This document shows, piece after piece, positions 26,501-39,627 of a stretch of DNA of 64,000 nt. Made by a program: the position numbers and the translations under genes. Where the stretch lies: contig NC_058382.1 in the NCBI RefSeq assembly GCF_018350175.1, positions 61,196,001 to 61,260,000 on the forward strand, written 5' to 3'. Source of the stretch: Felis catus (Eukaryota). Numbering within the stretch: the first letter of the stretch is position 1; every line of letters begins with the position of its first letter. The notes beneath the pieces were generated by a model. That model was not told where the DNA came from. It saw nothing but the letters and a program-made list of their open reading frames with translations, and searched no databases.

Positions 26501-28320
26501 ACGGTTTAAGCATGCTAAATTTACCTCACCAAATGGTGCGGCAGGAAGCACTTCTCCCACTTTTGCGTGAGCACATGAAACGGAGAAAAGATACGAACCA
26601 AGACAGGTACACGCGCCGGCCCCACACAGACTCAAAGGCTCACGCTTCCTCTCCATCTGCGTATCATTGGAGCAAAGTTATCGCCAACAAAACCACAAAA
26701 TCATTACCATGCAGAAGCAAAATATCAGGGCACCTGGGTGGCTCAGCTGGTTGAGCATCTGACCCTAGATTTCGGCTCAGGTCACGATCCCAGGGTCGTG
26801 GGATCAAGCCCCACATCGGGCTCTGCACTCAGCATGGAACCTAAGATTCTCTCTCCCTCTCCCTCTGCCACCCACCCCAGCTTGCATTCTCTCTTGAAAA
26901 GAAAAGAGAAAAGAATTCAGATTAATCATCTGATATCTAGTTCATATTTAAATGTACAAATGTCCCCATTTAAAAAAAAAAAAATTTTAGAGAGTGAGAA
27001 TGCATGCACAAAGGGGAGGGAGACAGAGGGAGAGAGAATCCCAAACATGCTCCAAACTGTCAGCGCAGAGCCCAATGCGGGGCTCAAACCCACGAACCAC
27101 GAGAAGCCAAGAGTTGGACACTTAAACAACTGAGCTACCCAGGCGCCCCTCCAAACGATTTTTTAAAAGCCATTGTGTTCCCTCCCTCCAAACCAGGATC
27201 CAAGCAAGGCTTCCTCGTTGCACATGGTCATTAATACAGACTCAGGTGAAACATAAGGTAAGAACATCTGATAGATGACACTGTGAATCAGAAGTGACGA
27301 GGCGTTACATCACATGGTTAAGGTAGGGACCACCAGGTCTTCCCACTTACAAAGAAACACATCAGGGGCGCCTTCTTGCCTCAGTAGGTAGAGCACACGA
27401 CTCTTGATCTCAGGGCTGTGAGTTCAAGTCCCACGTTGGGCATGAAGCCCACTTTAAAAAGAAACACACACACATGACCCTTTGCAACCAAGAAGTAATC
27501 TATGGAGTGATCCTTCATCACTATATGACTACTTTGAACCAACAATTTTGCCTATGTAGGTAAAAAGTGTTTAATCTAACTTTAATCAAGCCTTTCAACC
27601 GAACTTCCAATTTACAGGAAACACAGGACAAGGAACAAGTTAAACCACATAAGCAGGAAAAAGCCAGACGACTCAAGAATGCATTCCCCTCTACAGATGA
27701 CTGGTCTGGACTCACGAAGAAAAAACAAAGCAAGGAGGGTTGACATTAAATGACCAAAGACAATGGGATGAATGGGATGAACACACGTGTAGGTTCGACC
27801 TAGCATTATCGACCTAATGGGCTGTACGGTCTAAAATGGTTTCTTAGGCGTAACGTGATGCTGCAGAATGCAGGGTGCAGTCACTGTACAGAGACGTCCA
27901 TGAGGTAGAGGGGTCATGAGGTCTACATCTCACTTTCAATTTTCAGGCAACAGGACACATGGCAAATGTTAACAAAGGTTTAATCCAGATGGCAGTACAC
28001 GGGTGATCGCTGTACTCTCCCTGCTTCTCCATATTTCTGAAAAGTTTCATATTAAAAAGTTGGGGGGGGGGAACACTGACTTGTTGCCCAAGTTTAGTAG
28101 ACTAATAAGTGCTTACAAAATCAATTAATCAAAGTACTCCAGGAGCACCTGGGTGGTTCAGTCGGTTAAGCATCCGACGCTTGCTTTCAGCTCATGGGTT
28201 GATGAGTTCGGGCCCCAGGTCAGGCTCTGCACTGACAGAGCAGAGCCTGCTTGGGATTCTCTCTTCCTCTCTCTCCGCCCCTTACCTGCTCTCTCTCTCA
28301 GAATAAATACAAACAAAACA
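23528..28320. mobile_element. Dispersed CAN-SINEs (23528-23630 +, 23634-23880 +, 24960-25161 -, 25875-26085 -, 26728-26915 +, 26970-27149 -, 27365-27460 +, 28141-28320 +) and old L1M fragments (~25190-25450, ~27170-28060)
   Basis: SINE motifs; L1M 3'UTR-like text; interspersed with unique sequence. Confidence 0.75.
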
Positions 28321-28549
28321 GAGTACTCCATAAACTAAGCATTAAGACGACAGAAAGTTATTGTCTATTATGTTAAGTGTGACAAAGGTAATGTGATTGC
28401 GTAAGACACAGACCTAAATGAAGTTTGAATCAAGTGTACGGTAAAGTGCTAATTGTTAAATCTGAGTGATACGCATAGGATGTTCATTTTACCATTCTAC
28501 TTTTCTGTATTTCATAATAAAAAGTAAAATGAACGCTCCTTTAAAAAAA

Positions 28550-29605
28550 TGTGTTACTGGTGCAGCTGCTGTGGAAAACACTTTGGCAGTTCCTCAAAAA
28601 GTTAAAGATAGAATCACCATATGATCCAGCAACTCCACTTCTGGGTATATCCCCAAAAGAACGGAAAGCAGGAACTTGGACAGACATATGCACACCAATG
28701 TCCACGGCAGCATTATTCACAATACCTAAGACACGGAAACAACCCCAGTATTCATCAACAGAGAAACAAAACTGGTGGGACGCCTGAGTGGCTCAGTCAG
28801 TTAAAGTGGCCGACTTAGGTTCAGGTCATGATCTCTCAGTTCATGGGTTTGAGCCCCGCGTCAGGCTCTGTGCCGACAGCTTGAAGCCTGGAACCTGCTT
28901 TAGATTCTGTGTCTCGGGGCGCCTGGGTGGCGCAGTCGGTTAAGCGTCCGACTTCAGCCAGGTCACGATCTCGCGGTCCTTGAGTTCGAGCCCCACGTCA
29001 GGCTCTGGGCTGATGGCTCGGAGCCTGGAGCCTGTTTCCGATTCTGTGTCTCCCTCTCTCTCTGCCCCTCCCCTGTTCATGCTCTGTCTCTCTCTGTCCC
29101 AAAAATAAATAAATGTTGGAAAAAAAAAAAAATTTTTAGATTCTGTGTCTCGTTCTCTCTGCCGCTCCCCTGCTTGTGCTCTCTCTCTCAAAATAAATAA
29201 ACCTTAAAAAACAAAGAAAAAGAAAATTGGTATGTACATACAATGGAATATTATTCAGCCTTAAAAAGGAAGGAAATTCTGCTAACAACAGGATGAACCT
29301 TAAAACCATTATGCTAAGTGAAATAAGCCAGACACAAATGTACAAATACTTATGATTCCACTTAAAGGAAGTACTTAGAGTCATCAAGTTGACAGAAAGT
29401 AGAATGGTGGTTAACAGGAACTGGGGGAGGGATAAATGCGGAGTTATTGTTTAATGGGGACAGACTTTCCGTTTGGAGCAACAAAAAAGTGCTGGAAACA
29501 GTGGTGATGATTACACAACACTGTGAATGTCCTTAATGCCACTGAATTAGACACTTGTAAGATAAAAGGGTAAATTCTGTTATTTATAATCACAATAAAA
29601 AATAC
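28550..29605 (+). mobile_element. L1 3' end containing a SINE (28777-29225) that itself contains a young SINE (28916-29134)
   Basis: 28551 ORF is L1 ORF2 C-terminal (WKTLWQFLKKLKIESPYDPATPLLGI.PKE); inner TSD tttagattctgtgtctc at 28899-28915 and 29135-29151. Confidence 0.9.
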
Positions 29606-29696
29606 ACAACAAGATGGGAAGTTTATGAATATACAGATCAAGGTCACAACCCCCAACTCTACACCAGAGAGAGCTCTGGCTAAAAATGAACAAGTA

Positions 29697-30781
29697 CAGA
29701 TACCCTCAGTTTTTTGAAAGTTTGAGTTAGGCCACTTGGCTTTTATGAAAGACCTATACTGGTACCAGCTTTCATTAACCGAAAGAAATCCAAAGAGCAT
29801 TTTTGCTTTTGCAAAACAAGAATTTCAGGGGCACCTGGGTGGCTCAGTTGGCTGAGGGTCCGACTCTTTGTTTCGGCTCAAGTCATGATCTAACGGCTCA
29901 CGGGACTGAGCCCCGAGTGGGGCTCTGTGCAGACAGTGCTGAGCCTGCTTGGGATTCTCTCTCTCCCTCTTGCTCTGCCCCTCCCCCTCCCTCAAAAATA
30001 AATCAACTTAAAAGAACTGTTTTTACAAAAACAGAATTCAGGGGCCCCACCCAGCTCCTTCCCCAGGAACTACACTCAGAATCCTAGCTTCAAGGGGCAC
30101 CTGGGTGGCTCAGCTGGTTGAGCAACCAACTCTTTGTTTCAGCTCAGGTCATGATCTCACAGGTCCTGAGTTTGGGCCCTGCGTCCAGCTCTGCATGGCA
30201 GCCTGGAGCCTGCTTGGTATTCTCCCTACCCCTCCTCCATTTGCGCTGTCTCTGTCTCTCTCAAAATACAGAAATAAAGCTTAAAAAAAAAAAGGGGGGG
30301 GGGCGCTTGTGTGGCTCAGTCGTCTAAGCGTCTGAATTCGCCTCAGGTCTCGATCTTGTGGTTTCAGAGTTCAAGCCTCCCTACAGGCTCTGTGCTGACA
30401 GCTCAGAGCCTGGAGCCTGCTTCTGATTCTGTGTCTCCCTCACTCTCTGCCCCTCCCTCCCACTCATGCTCTGTCTCTCAAAAATGAATAAACGTTAAAA
30501 AAAATTGTTAAAAAAAAAAAAAGAAGAATCTCTTCATCAAGCCTCCAGAGCTTTGAACTGGATCCTTAAGCTTCTGTGCTTTACCTTGATTTATTTTGTG
30601 TAACCATTAGCAGGAGGTGTCCTGAGATAGGAGAAAAGCCTAACAGACGTTTTTTGACTCTGGGAACACTCAAAATTTTTTCCATACAAATCAATGGTAA
30701 CTGCTTCCTTGCTTTACATCATTTCAGCTTAGAAAAAAGCTTCTCAGGGGCGCTCTACTTTCGGACAGGAGGAGAAACTTG
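29697..30781. mobile_element. TcMar-Tigger type non-autonomous DNA transposon (carnivore family) with three nested SINEs
   Basis: TA dinucleotides flank both ends (29695-6, 30782-3); imperfect TIRs CAGATACCC..GAAAGT / ACTTTCGG..GAAACTTG; SINEs at 29827-30010, 30093-30295, 30296-30525. Confidence 0.7.
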
Positions 30782-30879
30782 TAAAAGGCAAAAATCAACC
30801 CTGCGATGCGGGAACTTTCTAAACTATTCCCTGAAAACCTGGCTAAGTATCGCAGTATTTAAGATGAGGATCACCCTTT

Positions 30880-33800
30880 TCTTTTCTTTCTTCTTCTTCT
30901 TCTTTTTTTTTTTAATGTTTCCTCATTTTTGAGAGAGCGGGAGAGGGGCAGAGAGAGGGGGACAGAGGATCCGAAGTGGGATGTGCGCTGACAGCAGCGA
31001 GCCAGGATGCGGGGCTCAGACTCAAGAACCCTCACGAACCCTGGGATCGTGACCTGAGCGGAAGTCGGACGCTCAACAGACTGGGCCCCCCGGGTGCCCT
31101 GATGAACACCATCTTCCTAACCAGCTTACTTCAACCACATCTGAAGATACCTCTTCATTAAACTGACTCACCTGATACAAAGTGCTTAGCTACGAGCAAG
31201 CTCTATCAAAATCTTGATAACGAGGACCCAGAACCCTACGTCAAAGCCATTACCCTTTTTCCTCAACACACTGGACGTAAGCTGACCTCACTGGACGCTA
31301 CAGCCTCAGAGAAGTTACAGGCAGAACACAGCCGGGGCATGTTTCCTTCCTTGCTTCAAGTTTTCAGAGCACTGCTGATTCCACACCTTTGGATATGATT
31401 TAATTGTGCTTCATGAAAAAGGGCTCACCGTAAAATACTTTCAGAATTATTAAACACGACTGACACATTTTTAAATGTTAAACATTCGACCTCACATTTG
31501 TTTCTGGGTATTCTTCTATATCCAGCTTATTACGGCTTCAAAAGAAAAACAAAAGAAATGTTTTTAATGGTTTAACGTGCGGAGTGCTTAATAAATTGGT
31601 CCTGAGGCTTACTTTTTCAGAAACGGTTCCCAACTAGTCTCCACCAGGACACAAAGGACAAGTGCTCGGCCAGTCTGGACCCGGACTGTGGGGAGCAGCA
31701 CGCACACCCTCGGGGCTGGCAGGCCCAGGCCCAGAAACTCCCCCGTGACTCGAGGGCCGTGCTAGGACTGCCAGGGTGCACGCGGGAACCATCACCCTGA
31801 CAGACGGTCTGACTGCAACAATGACAGAGGGAAAGACGACAAGTAGAGGATAAGTAAAGGCAAATCGTTGGGGTCTACCATTCTTTTGAAATCTCTCAAA
31901 TCTATACAAAAATAAGAGATCCTATTCCTCATGTCAGCAGCAGTATGTAGACCCCCAGCCCTACACCAGTAACCAACCTGATGTCCCCCGTCCCTCCAGA
32001 GAACATTCTCCCCTCACCCCCCAAGTCAACACACAGGGTCCCAAAGAGACAGCGCTCGGGCCTCACAGCGTCCCCCACAAGCCACCTGGAGGTCCTTCTC
32101 ACGACAGCCTGGCACCCTTGCTGTACTCAACAGTCACAGCAGGAGCGGGAGGCTCCTTCCTGGGACTGTGTCCTGTGCTCAGACCTGATGGCTGGCGGAG
32201 AGCAGTCCTCCGGCGCATTCCTGGCACGACCACCAGCAACCAGCAGCTTCTTCCTAGGAATTTTTCGTTAGGACTTCTCATAAACAAGTCTCCATGCTTA
32301 ATGAAAACCCTTATTCCCATAACTCTCACATCAAAGAACCACACCTCAACAAAATGAAACCTTGATCATTCCCAAGTTTTCCACAACGAGGTGGTATGGA
32401 AAACTAAACGTGCCTGAACTGAGCCACCCTCCGGCGACCCACGGGCCCTCACATGAAATGACCCACGCCAGGTAAACATCCCACCTCTGCTAACTCTACG
32501 GACAATGTGCCACCCTGCTCCCACAGTCCCTATGAGTTTTGGGTGTCAGGGAACTGACCTGGGAGAGGGTAGTGTCACCAGAAGAACATTAATTACCAGG
32601 CAGGTTTGCCTCCTCTATGAAACAGACGTGACTTGATACAAAAAAGATCTCATTACTCAGAAACGACTTTTCATAACACTGAGGACTATTTAAAGCAGCC
32701 TGAAAAACTACTTCCCTAGACTAACCAGCACGTGACACTCACTCCTGTATCAATTCAGTTTACACACTATGTGTAAGTGCTAACCTTTCACATCTTTCCA
32801 AGCAAAGTCACCCTACAGACGCACCCTCCAGCAACAATGACTGGGCAGAGAGGAGCAGCAGTCAGAGCCGGTGAGCCATGTGGACTTCAGAGCACCCCCG
32901 GCTGCCCCAAAAATCCCGTGGCCTCGTCCTGTTCAAGAGGTTTTTAAATGGCACTCGTAGCACTAAGCGAACACCAGCGAGATCTTGCCATGATCTCTGT
33001 TTTTTTCCAGTTTTACTGACAAATAATGGACACACATCCCTGTGTAAGTTTAAGGGGAACAGCAGGCCAGCCTCCTCTATCGTTCCTGTGTTAACGATTT
33101 ACACACCAGGTTCAGCTAACATCATCTTCCCACGCAGACACAACAGAAAGGAAAATGAGAAAGAAACTGTTTTCTCCTTGTGTTGAGAACCCTTGGGACT
33201 TACTCTTAACGACCAACCGTCCCGTGTGTCACACAGCACCCGGAGCTCGGCACACCCCCAGTGCTTACTCATCTGATAACTAGAAGTTTGTACCTTTTCA
33301 CCACCACCTCCAAGCTGCCCCTCCCCCCACCAAGTCTGATCTCCTTTTCCGAGTTCGGCTTTTGTTTTGTTTTGTTTGGATTCCATACAGGATTTATCTT
33401 TCTCTGCCTGACTTATTTCACTGAGCACAATGCCTTCAAGGCCCATCGTGTTGCCACACACGGAGGATTTCCTCATTTTTTAATGACTGAATAGTATTTC
33501 ATCGGACCACAACCTTTTTATCCATCGCCTGTCAGTGGGACATTTAGGTTGTTTTCTCAGCTACCGTAAATAACGCTGCAATGAACGTAGGGTGCGGATA
33601 CCTTCTCAAGAGAGTATCTGCATTTCCTGTGGATATATTCCTAGAATGGGTTGCTGGATCATAGGGGAGTTCTATTTTTGCCTTTTGAGGATCCTGCATA
33701 CTGTTTTCCATAATGGCCACACCGCTTTGCATTCCCACCAGCAGCGCTCAAGGGCTCCCTTTCCCCCACATCCACGCCAGTATGTGTTATCTTTTGTGCT

Positions 33801-36800
33801 TTTTACCACGGCCGTTTCAACAGGTGTGAGGTGACAGCTCGTTATGGTTTTGATTTGCATCCGCCTGATGCCTAGTGATGCTGGGCATCTTTTCATGTAT
33901 CCGCCGGCCTTTTGTAGATCTCCTTTGGAGAAATGTCCACTCAGGTTCTTTGCCCATTTCTTAACTGCATTATTCGGGTTTTTGTTTTTTGGGGGGTTTT
34001 TGCTATTCAGTTATATGAGTTTTTTTATATATTTTGCATATTAACCCCGTATCAGATATATGGTTTACAAATATCTTCTCCCTTTTCGTAAGCAGTCCTT
34101 CCATTTTGTTGATGGTTCCCTTTGCTATCACGAACCTCTTTGTTAAGGAAAGCTCCATGCGTCAAGAAGAGAAAACCCAAGTGATAACATGATGTTAACA
34201 ATAGAACATTAGTATAAACTCACTAACATCTGGAACAAACTTGACTTTCACGTTTTACAATCCAAAGAGTAATTTTTACTGCTTAATTAAGTCACAACAT
34301 TTGAGAAACAGGCCCATATGGGAATAAAAACTTAAAACCACTGCCTCAGTTATACAACACTCTGCCCACCTGAAATCACAGCCCTCCAAAGTATTCCCGG
34401 ACAAACAAACAATAACAACCCAACCTAGTCAGGGTGAGGAAAGGCCACGACTGCTGAGGGACTTTGCAGGAGTCCTCCAACGCACCCCCCTCCCTGCTGT
34501 GACTGGCAGCCGTCATCACTGGAGTCACGGGCACCCGTAATTTACAAAATCCAGACTGCGTTGCTCTGCAGCTCCTACATGCAGTCTGCAAATCAAGAAA
34601 GGATGACTGGCAGGGCACCTGGGTGGCTCAGCGGGTTAAGTGTCCACCTCTTGGTTTCGGCTCAGATCGTGAGCCCTCGGTTCGCGAGTTCAAGCCCCAC
34701 GTGGGGCTCTGTGCTGACAGTGCAGAGCCTACTTGGGATGCGCATTCTCTCTCTCTCTCCCCCCTCCCATGCACACACGTGCTCTCTCAAAATAAACAAA
34801 TAAACTTAAAAAATAATTTTATTTATTTATTTTTTTACCAAGAAAGGAAAAGTGGCAAGAAAGGCAGAGACCTACAGAACTAACCATGGAACCAGAGGCT
34901 GGATTAGCTCTGTGACAGTATAACAACTATAAAAATTTTTCTCCCTCAAAGAAACAGCAACTGTCAACCAGTGGAAGGAAAAATGTGTAATGTGATAGAG
35001 GGGGCTGGTAACAAGGAGATTTAGCCAAAGTGTGGAGAGTGTAAGTAAAAGTAAACAGAAAGGGGGCGCCAGGGTGGCTCAGTCGGTTGGGCGTCTGCCT
35101 TCAGCTCAGCTCATGATCTCACGGTTTGTGGGTTCGAGCCCCGCGTCGGGCTCTGGGCTGATGGCTCAGAGCCTGGAGCCTGTTTCCGATTCTGTGTCTC
35201 CCTCTCTCTCTGACCCTCCCCCGTTCATGCTCTGTCTCTCTCTGTCTCAAAAATAAATAAACATTAAAAAAAAAAATTTTTTTTTAATAAAAAAAAAAGT
35301 AAAAGAAAGAAGTTAGCACACCACACACGAGTAGTCCATCCGTGGCCGAGGCAACTCCCTTTAAGAGCACCCTGTCCTGGGCACCTGCAATGGTCAGGCT
35401 GTCCGAAACACATATTTGTGCTCTACCCTGATTTCTGCAATGCAATGAAACTATATTCAACTTAAGAGTCCAGCCAACAGAGACAGCCACACAACAGAAA
35501 GCTGCCTACGCCAGACGCCCAGAGTCTCACTACTGCCCAACCACAGACAGACACAAGGACAAAGCCCCTCTGCCCCAGCACATGGTAACAGTGCTGTGAC
35601 GGAGCAGGAAAAAGCCTACATTCTACCGACTTAAAGCAAATCAGGAATACTCTCACGCTAGTTAGTATGCTTGGCACAGGTTCCAAGTGTTACATGTTTG
35701 TTACATGGAGTACACTTCCTGACTGGTATCATTCCTCTTCTGAAGCCACAAGCCTGTTTCCTAAGTCATTAACTTTTAAGATTGATCTTTCACGCAAACA
35801 TTGATCAGGTATCTATTGATACACGCACTAACATGTTTAAAATGTAAAACAAACATAAGTCTAACGAAGTTCGGGAGTGTCTGGCTGGCCCTGTCAGTAG
35901 AGTCAGCGTGTACCCTGATCTCAGGGTTGGGAGTTCAAGCCCACGCTGGGTGTAGAGATTACTTTGGGCAAAACAGCAAGACAGCAAATCCTTCTGCATT
36001 GCCTGCACTAGCAGGTTATTTCTCCAGCCCCCCAAATCTCCAGCCCTCCTGTATGAACCCAAAACTACTATCCTTGGCCTGCAGCTCACACGGTCTCAAC
36101 CAGACTGCCCCTGTCTTGGACACGAGGTCTGGACTCCTGGCCTCCACCCGTCAGACTGCACCCTGACAGCAGGGGCGTCTCCACCCCCTGGGCCCCGGCC
36201 CCCCTCCTGTCTCTCTTCCGTGGCCTCCCACGCTCCGTCTCTGCCACACCTCCTCACCTGCCATCACCTCTCGCCAGACTGCCCCTCACTTGTCCGCCCC
36301 ATTCCATCCACCGAGTCAACCCACCTCCCATTTTCCAGCGTTGTGTATAAATGCGTGTCAGGCAGCACCACTTGGCCTGGACGACTCGCTCACGCAGCGC
36401 ACCTGAACCCCCTCCCCATTTCAAGGTCCTCTAGATGCTTTAGGAAGGTCTTAGCCCACGCTGCCCTCCTCCGATGACAGGGCCGCCTCCCCCCGCCCCC
36501 CGTCTGGGGCGCTCCCCAAGCTCTGCCAGGCCTTCGGCCAGGCTCTGTCACAAGCCCCCCACTCCTCACTTTTCTGGGATGGGCCTTGCTGCCACTCACT
36601 TGAATTCAAGTTATGCTCCTATGACAAATTTTACACCCCCCATCATCCATTTCCAACTAGCTGTTTTACATTTTTATCTGGAAAACGTGCACCTACTTTC
36701 TACAGCAGTGTTGCTGGTGTGAGCTTTCCTAAACCTGATGATTTGCCCAGAAATGGAGGGCGGTGGTCAAAGTACGAACTGGAAGACACAAGGCTGACCC

Positions 36801-38040
36801 TGCATTCGCCTGCCTCCAAGAGCGGCAGCCAACTCCCTGTTTCTCCTCCCCTCCTCGAGTTCAGGCCCAGGAGCGCTGCAAAGCCTCCTCCCGGTGCCGC
36901 TCTGACCTCCATCTGGCCGTCCACCACCTTCACCCTGGGACACACCAGGAGCAGTGCCCCGCCCCCTCCTCGGCAGACCCGGTCTTACACAATTTGAGCC
37001 CAGTCCGTTTTCCCAGCTTTATCTGCTGCTGTTTGTTTCCAAGGGCTGCGTGTTCAAACAGGTCTAGCTGGCAAGTCCCACATTACAGCCTATCTCCCAG
37101 TCCTTCCCACAGTCTTTGACAGACTCACCCTGCGTTCTGCACCCCGATATCTCACCGATTCTTTTCAGTTTTTTTTTTTTAATGTTTATTTATTTGCGAG
37201 AGACAGAGCGCAAGCAGGGGAGAGGCAGAGAGACAGGGAGACAGAGAATCCGAAGCAGGCTCCAGGCTCTGAGCTGTCAGCACAGAGCCCGACGTGGGGC
37301 TCCAATGCACACACAGCGAGACCATGACCTGAGCCAAAGTTGGAAGTTTAACAGATTGAGCCCCCCCAGGTACCCCTTTCACTGATTCTTAAATAACACT
37401 TCCTCCGTGACATCTCCCAGACTTCAGAGCCAGAAATGCTTTCTCTCCTCTCAACTCCTATCTCATGTCACAGCACCCCCCCCCCCAACCTCTCTTCCTT
37501 CCCAACCTCAGGGTGGGGCCGTGTCTCAGTCCCTCTGTGCACCCACAACACAGCCTGGCCCAAGGAGCAGTGAGTAAGAGTGACTAAACCAATATAACGT
37601 GGGAAAAGCAAAGTGTGTCTAGTCTGACGAGTCCCCTCCATAAGACAAGTAATTCATTCCAGTTGCAAAAAAAATTGAAGACTGCTCTCCTACTATAAGG
37701 CAGCCTGCATTTAGAAAAGCAGTCAGAGAAACCCAGAAGTCAGTGGTACAGAGCTTTGTAACTGTGCCAAATGGGTGAATGGTTACAAAGACATAAAAAC
37801 AAACCCTGTACTCTTCAAAATCGCCAAGGTCATGGGCACCTCGGCGGCTCAGTCGGTTGAGCATCCTTGGTAGGGGCTCAGGTCATGATCTCACGGTTTG
37901 TGAGATTGAGCCCCACATCAGACTCCACACTGACAGCATGCAGCCTGCTTGGGATTCTCTCTCCCTCTCTCTCTGCCCCTCCTCCATTCATTCTCATTCT
38001 CTCCCTCTCTCTGTCTCTCTCAAATAAACAAACTTTAAAA
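30880..38040. mobile_element. Dispersed CAN-SINEs (30880-31099 -, 34612-34815 +, 35062-35300 +, 35872-35965 +, 37165-37376 -, 37833-38040 +)
   Basis: SINE head, (CT)n and tail motifs. Confidence 0.8.
33000..34140 (-). mobile_element. L1 ORF2 C-terminus and 3'UTR (L1MA9/L1_Carn-like), sense to ANKRD11
   Basis: Minus ORFs MKRCPASLGIRRMQIKT..HLTPV..CWWECK.VWPLWKTV and KIELPYDPA; 3' end ccttaaacttacac...agtaaaactgg. Confidence 0.88.
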
Positions 38041-38569
38041 CCTGTCAAGGTCATAAAAAACAAGATCCGAGAAACTACTACAGACAGGAAGAGACTAAAG
38101 AAACATTAACTAAATGTAATGTGGGATCCTGAAACACTAAAAGGACCTCAGTGGAAAAATGGGTGAAATCTGAATGAAGTCTGGGGTTCAATTAATAGTA
38201 ATATACCAATGTTGATCTCATAGCTTTCACAACCTTAGCAGTGTTATGGGAAATGTTACCATTCAAGAACCTGGTCTAGTACTACTGTGTGTCCTACTTC
38301 TGTATATCTAAAATTATTCCAAAATAAAAGTTTATTTTGAAAAAAAAAAAAACAAAAAAAAAAGCCAGACCTCATCCAGGACAAGTATTTCTACCACATT
38401 CACTAACTCCCCATCAATGCCAAACTACACTGGCTGACTGATGGCTGAGTCGGCTGAGTCTTCCCAGAGCCAAGATGGTTCTGGTGAACTGAGGCAAAGC
38501 ACCAGAGCCAGCTCTATGACCTGATCCAACCTCACGTTATGACCGCATCCACGGAACCCTAGCATAGCC

Positions 38570-39295
38570 AGCAAAACACTGCTCCCAAAGAGTCCCTATT
38601 CTAATCCCTGGAACTTGTGGGTATTTGAGGTCACACGGCAAAGCGGAATTACGTTTGCAGATGGAATTAAGGTCTAATCAGCAGACAGGGTGCATATGCT
38701 AGGTTATCCAGGTGGGCCCAATATAATCACAAGGGTCCTCAAAAGTGGAAGAGTGAGACAGAACAGAGTAGAAAGGAGATGTGACACTGGAAAGTCAGAG
38801 AGATGCAAAACTGCAGGCTTCCAAGATGGAGAAGAGGGGGGCACCCGGGGGCTCAGACTGTTGAGCGTCCGACTATGGCTCAGGTCACGATCTCACAGCT
38901 CTCAAGTTCAAGCCCTGCATCGGGCTCACTGACCCCCATGCAGTGCACACTTAGAATCCTCCTCCTCTCTCTGCCCCTTTCCCACTGGCACTCTCTCAAA
39001 AATAAATAAGACTTTTTTTTTAATTTTATAAAAGCCCTTAAAAAAAAAAAAAGAAAGAAAAAAGGTGGAGAAAGGAGCCACAGGCCCAGGAATGTGAAGA
39101 GCCACTAAGAGACGAAGAGGCAAGGAAACAGTGTCCCCCGGAGCCCTCAGCAGGAACTGGCCCTGTCAACACCTGGATTTTCCCCCTTGAGATTCGCGTC
39201 CGGCTCCTAGTCTACAGGACTGTACAATAACACATCTATGTGGTTTTAAACCTCCAAGTCTGTGCTAATTTGTTACAGCAGCTATAGAAAAGCAA
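38570..39295 (+). mobile_element. MaLR solo LTR (MLT1C/D-like) with nested SINE (38836-39060)
   Basis: ctaatccctggaac..tttgcagatggaattaagg..ttatccaggtgggcccaatataatcacaagggtcct...ctaatttgttacagcagc. Confidence 0.85.
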
Positions 39296-39627
39296 GTGAC
39301 ACGACTGAAATACAAAAACACAAGCGCTCCTCCCAAGTGGGAGTGCACGTGTTTCCCTCACCCCCCCCCCCCACGTCCTGTGGCACCATCTAACGTAACT
39401 CAGCCTTCCTCATCGTCTGTTCCTCAGCCCCCTTGGGCCAACACATTTGGGGGCTTCAAAGAAAACTATCAAGGAAAGGAAAGGAGGAGACTATAGGATA
39501 GATTCCGGGACAAAGATGTTCTTCCCAACTTGCTAACCCCTCACTGCGCCTTTAGCCTTCAAATAGCCTTTTGCAGAAAATGAGAGTTATTGCTTCAACA
39601 CAGTCCTCTTTAAAACGTCACTCATCT

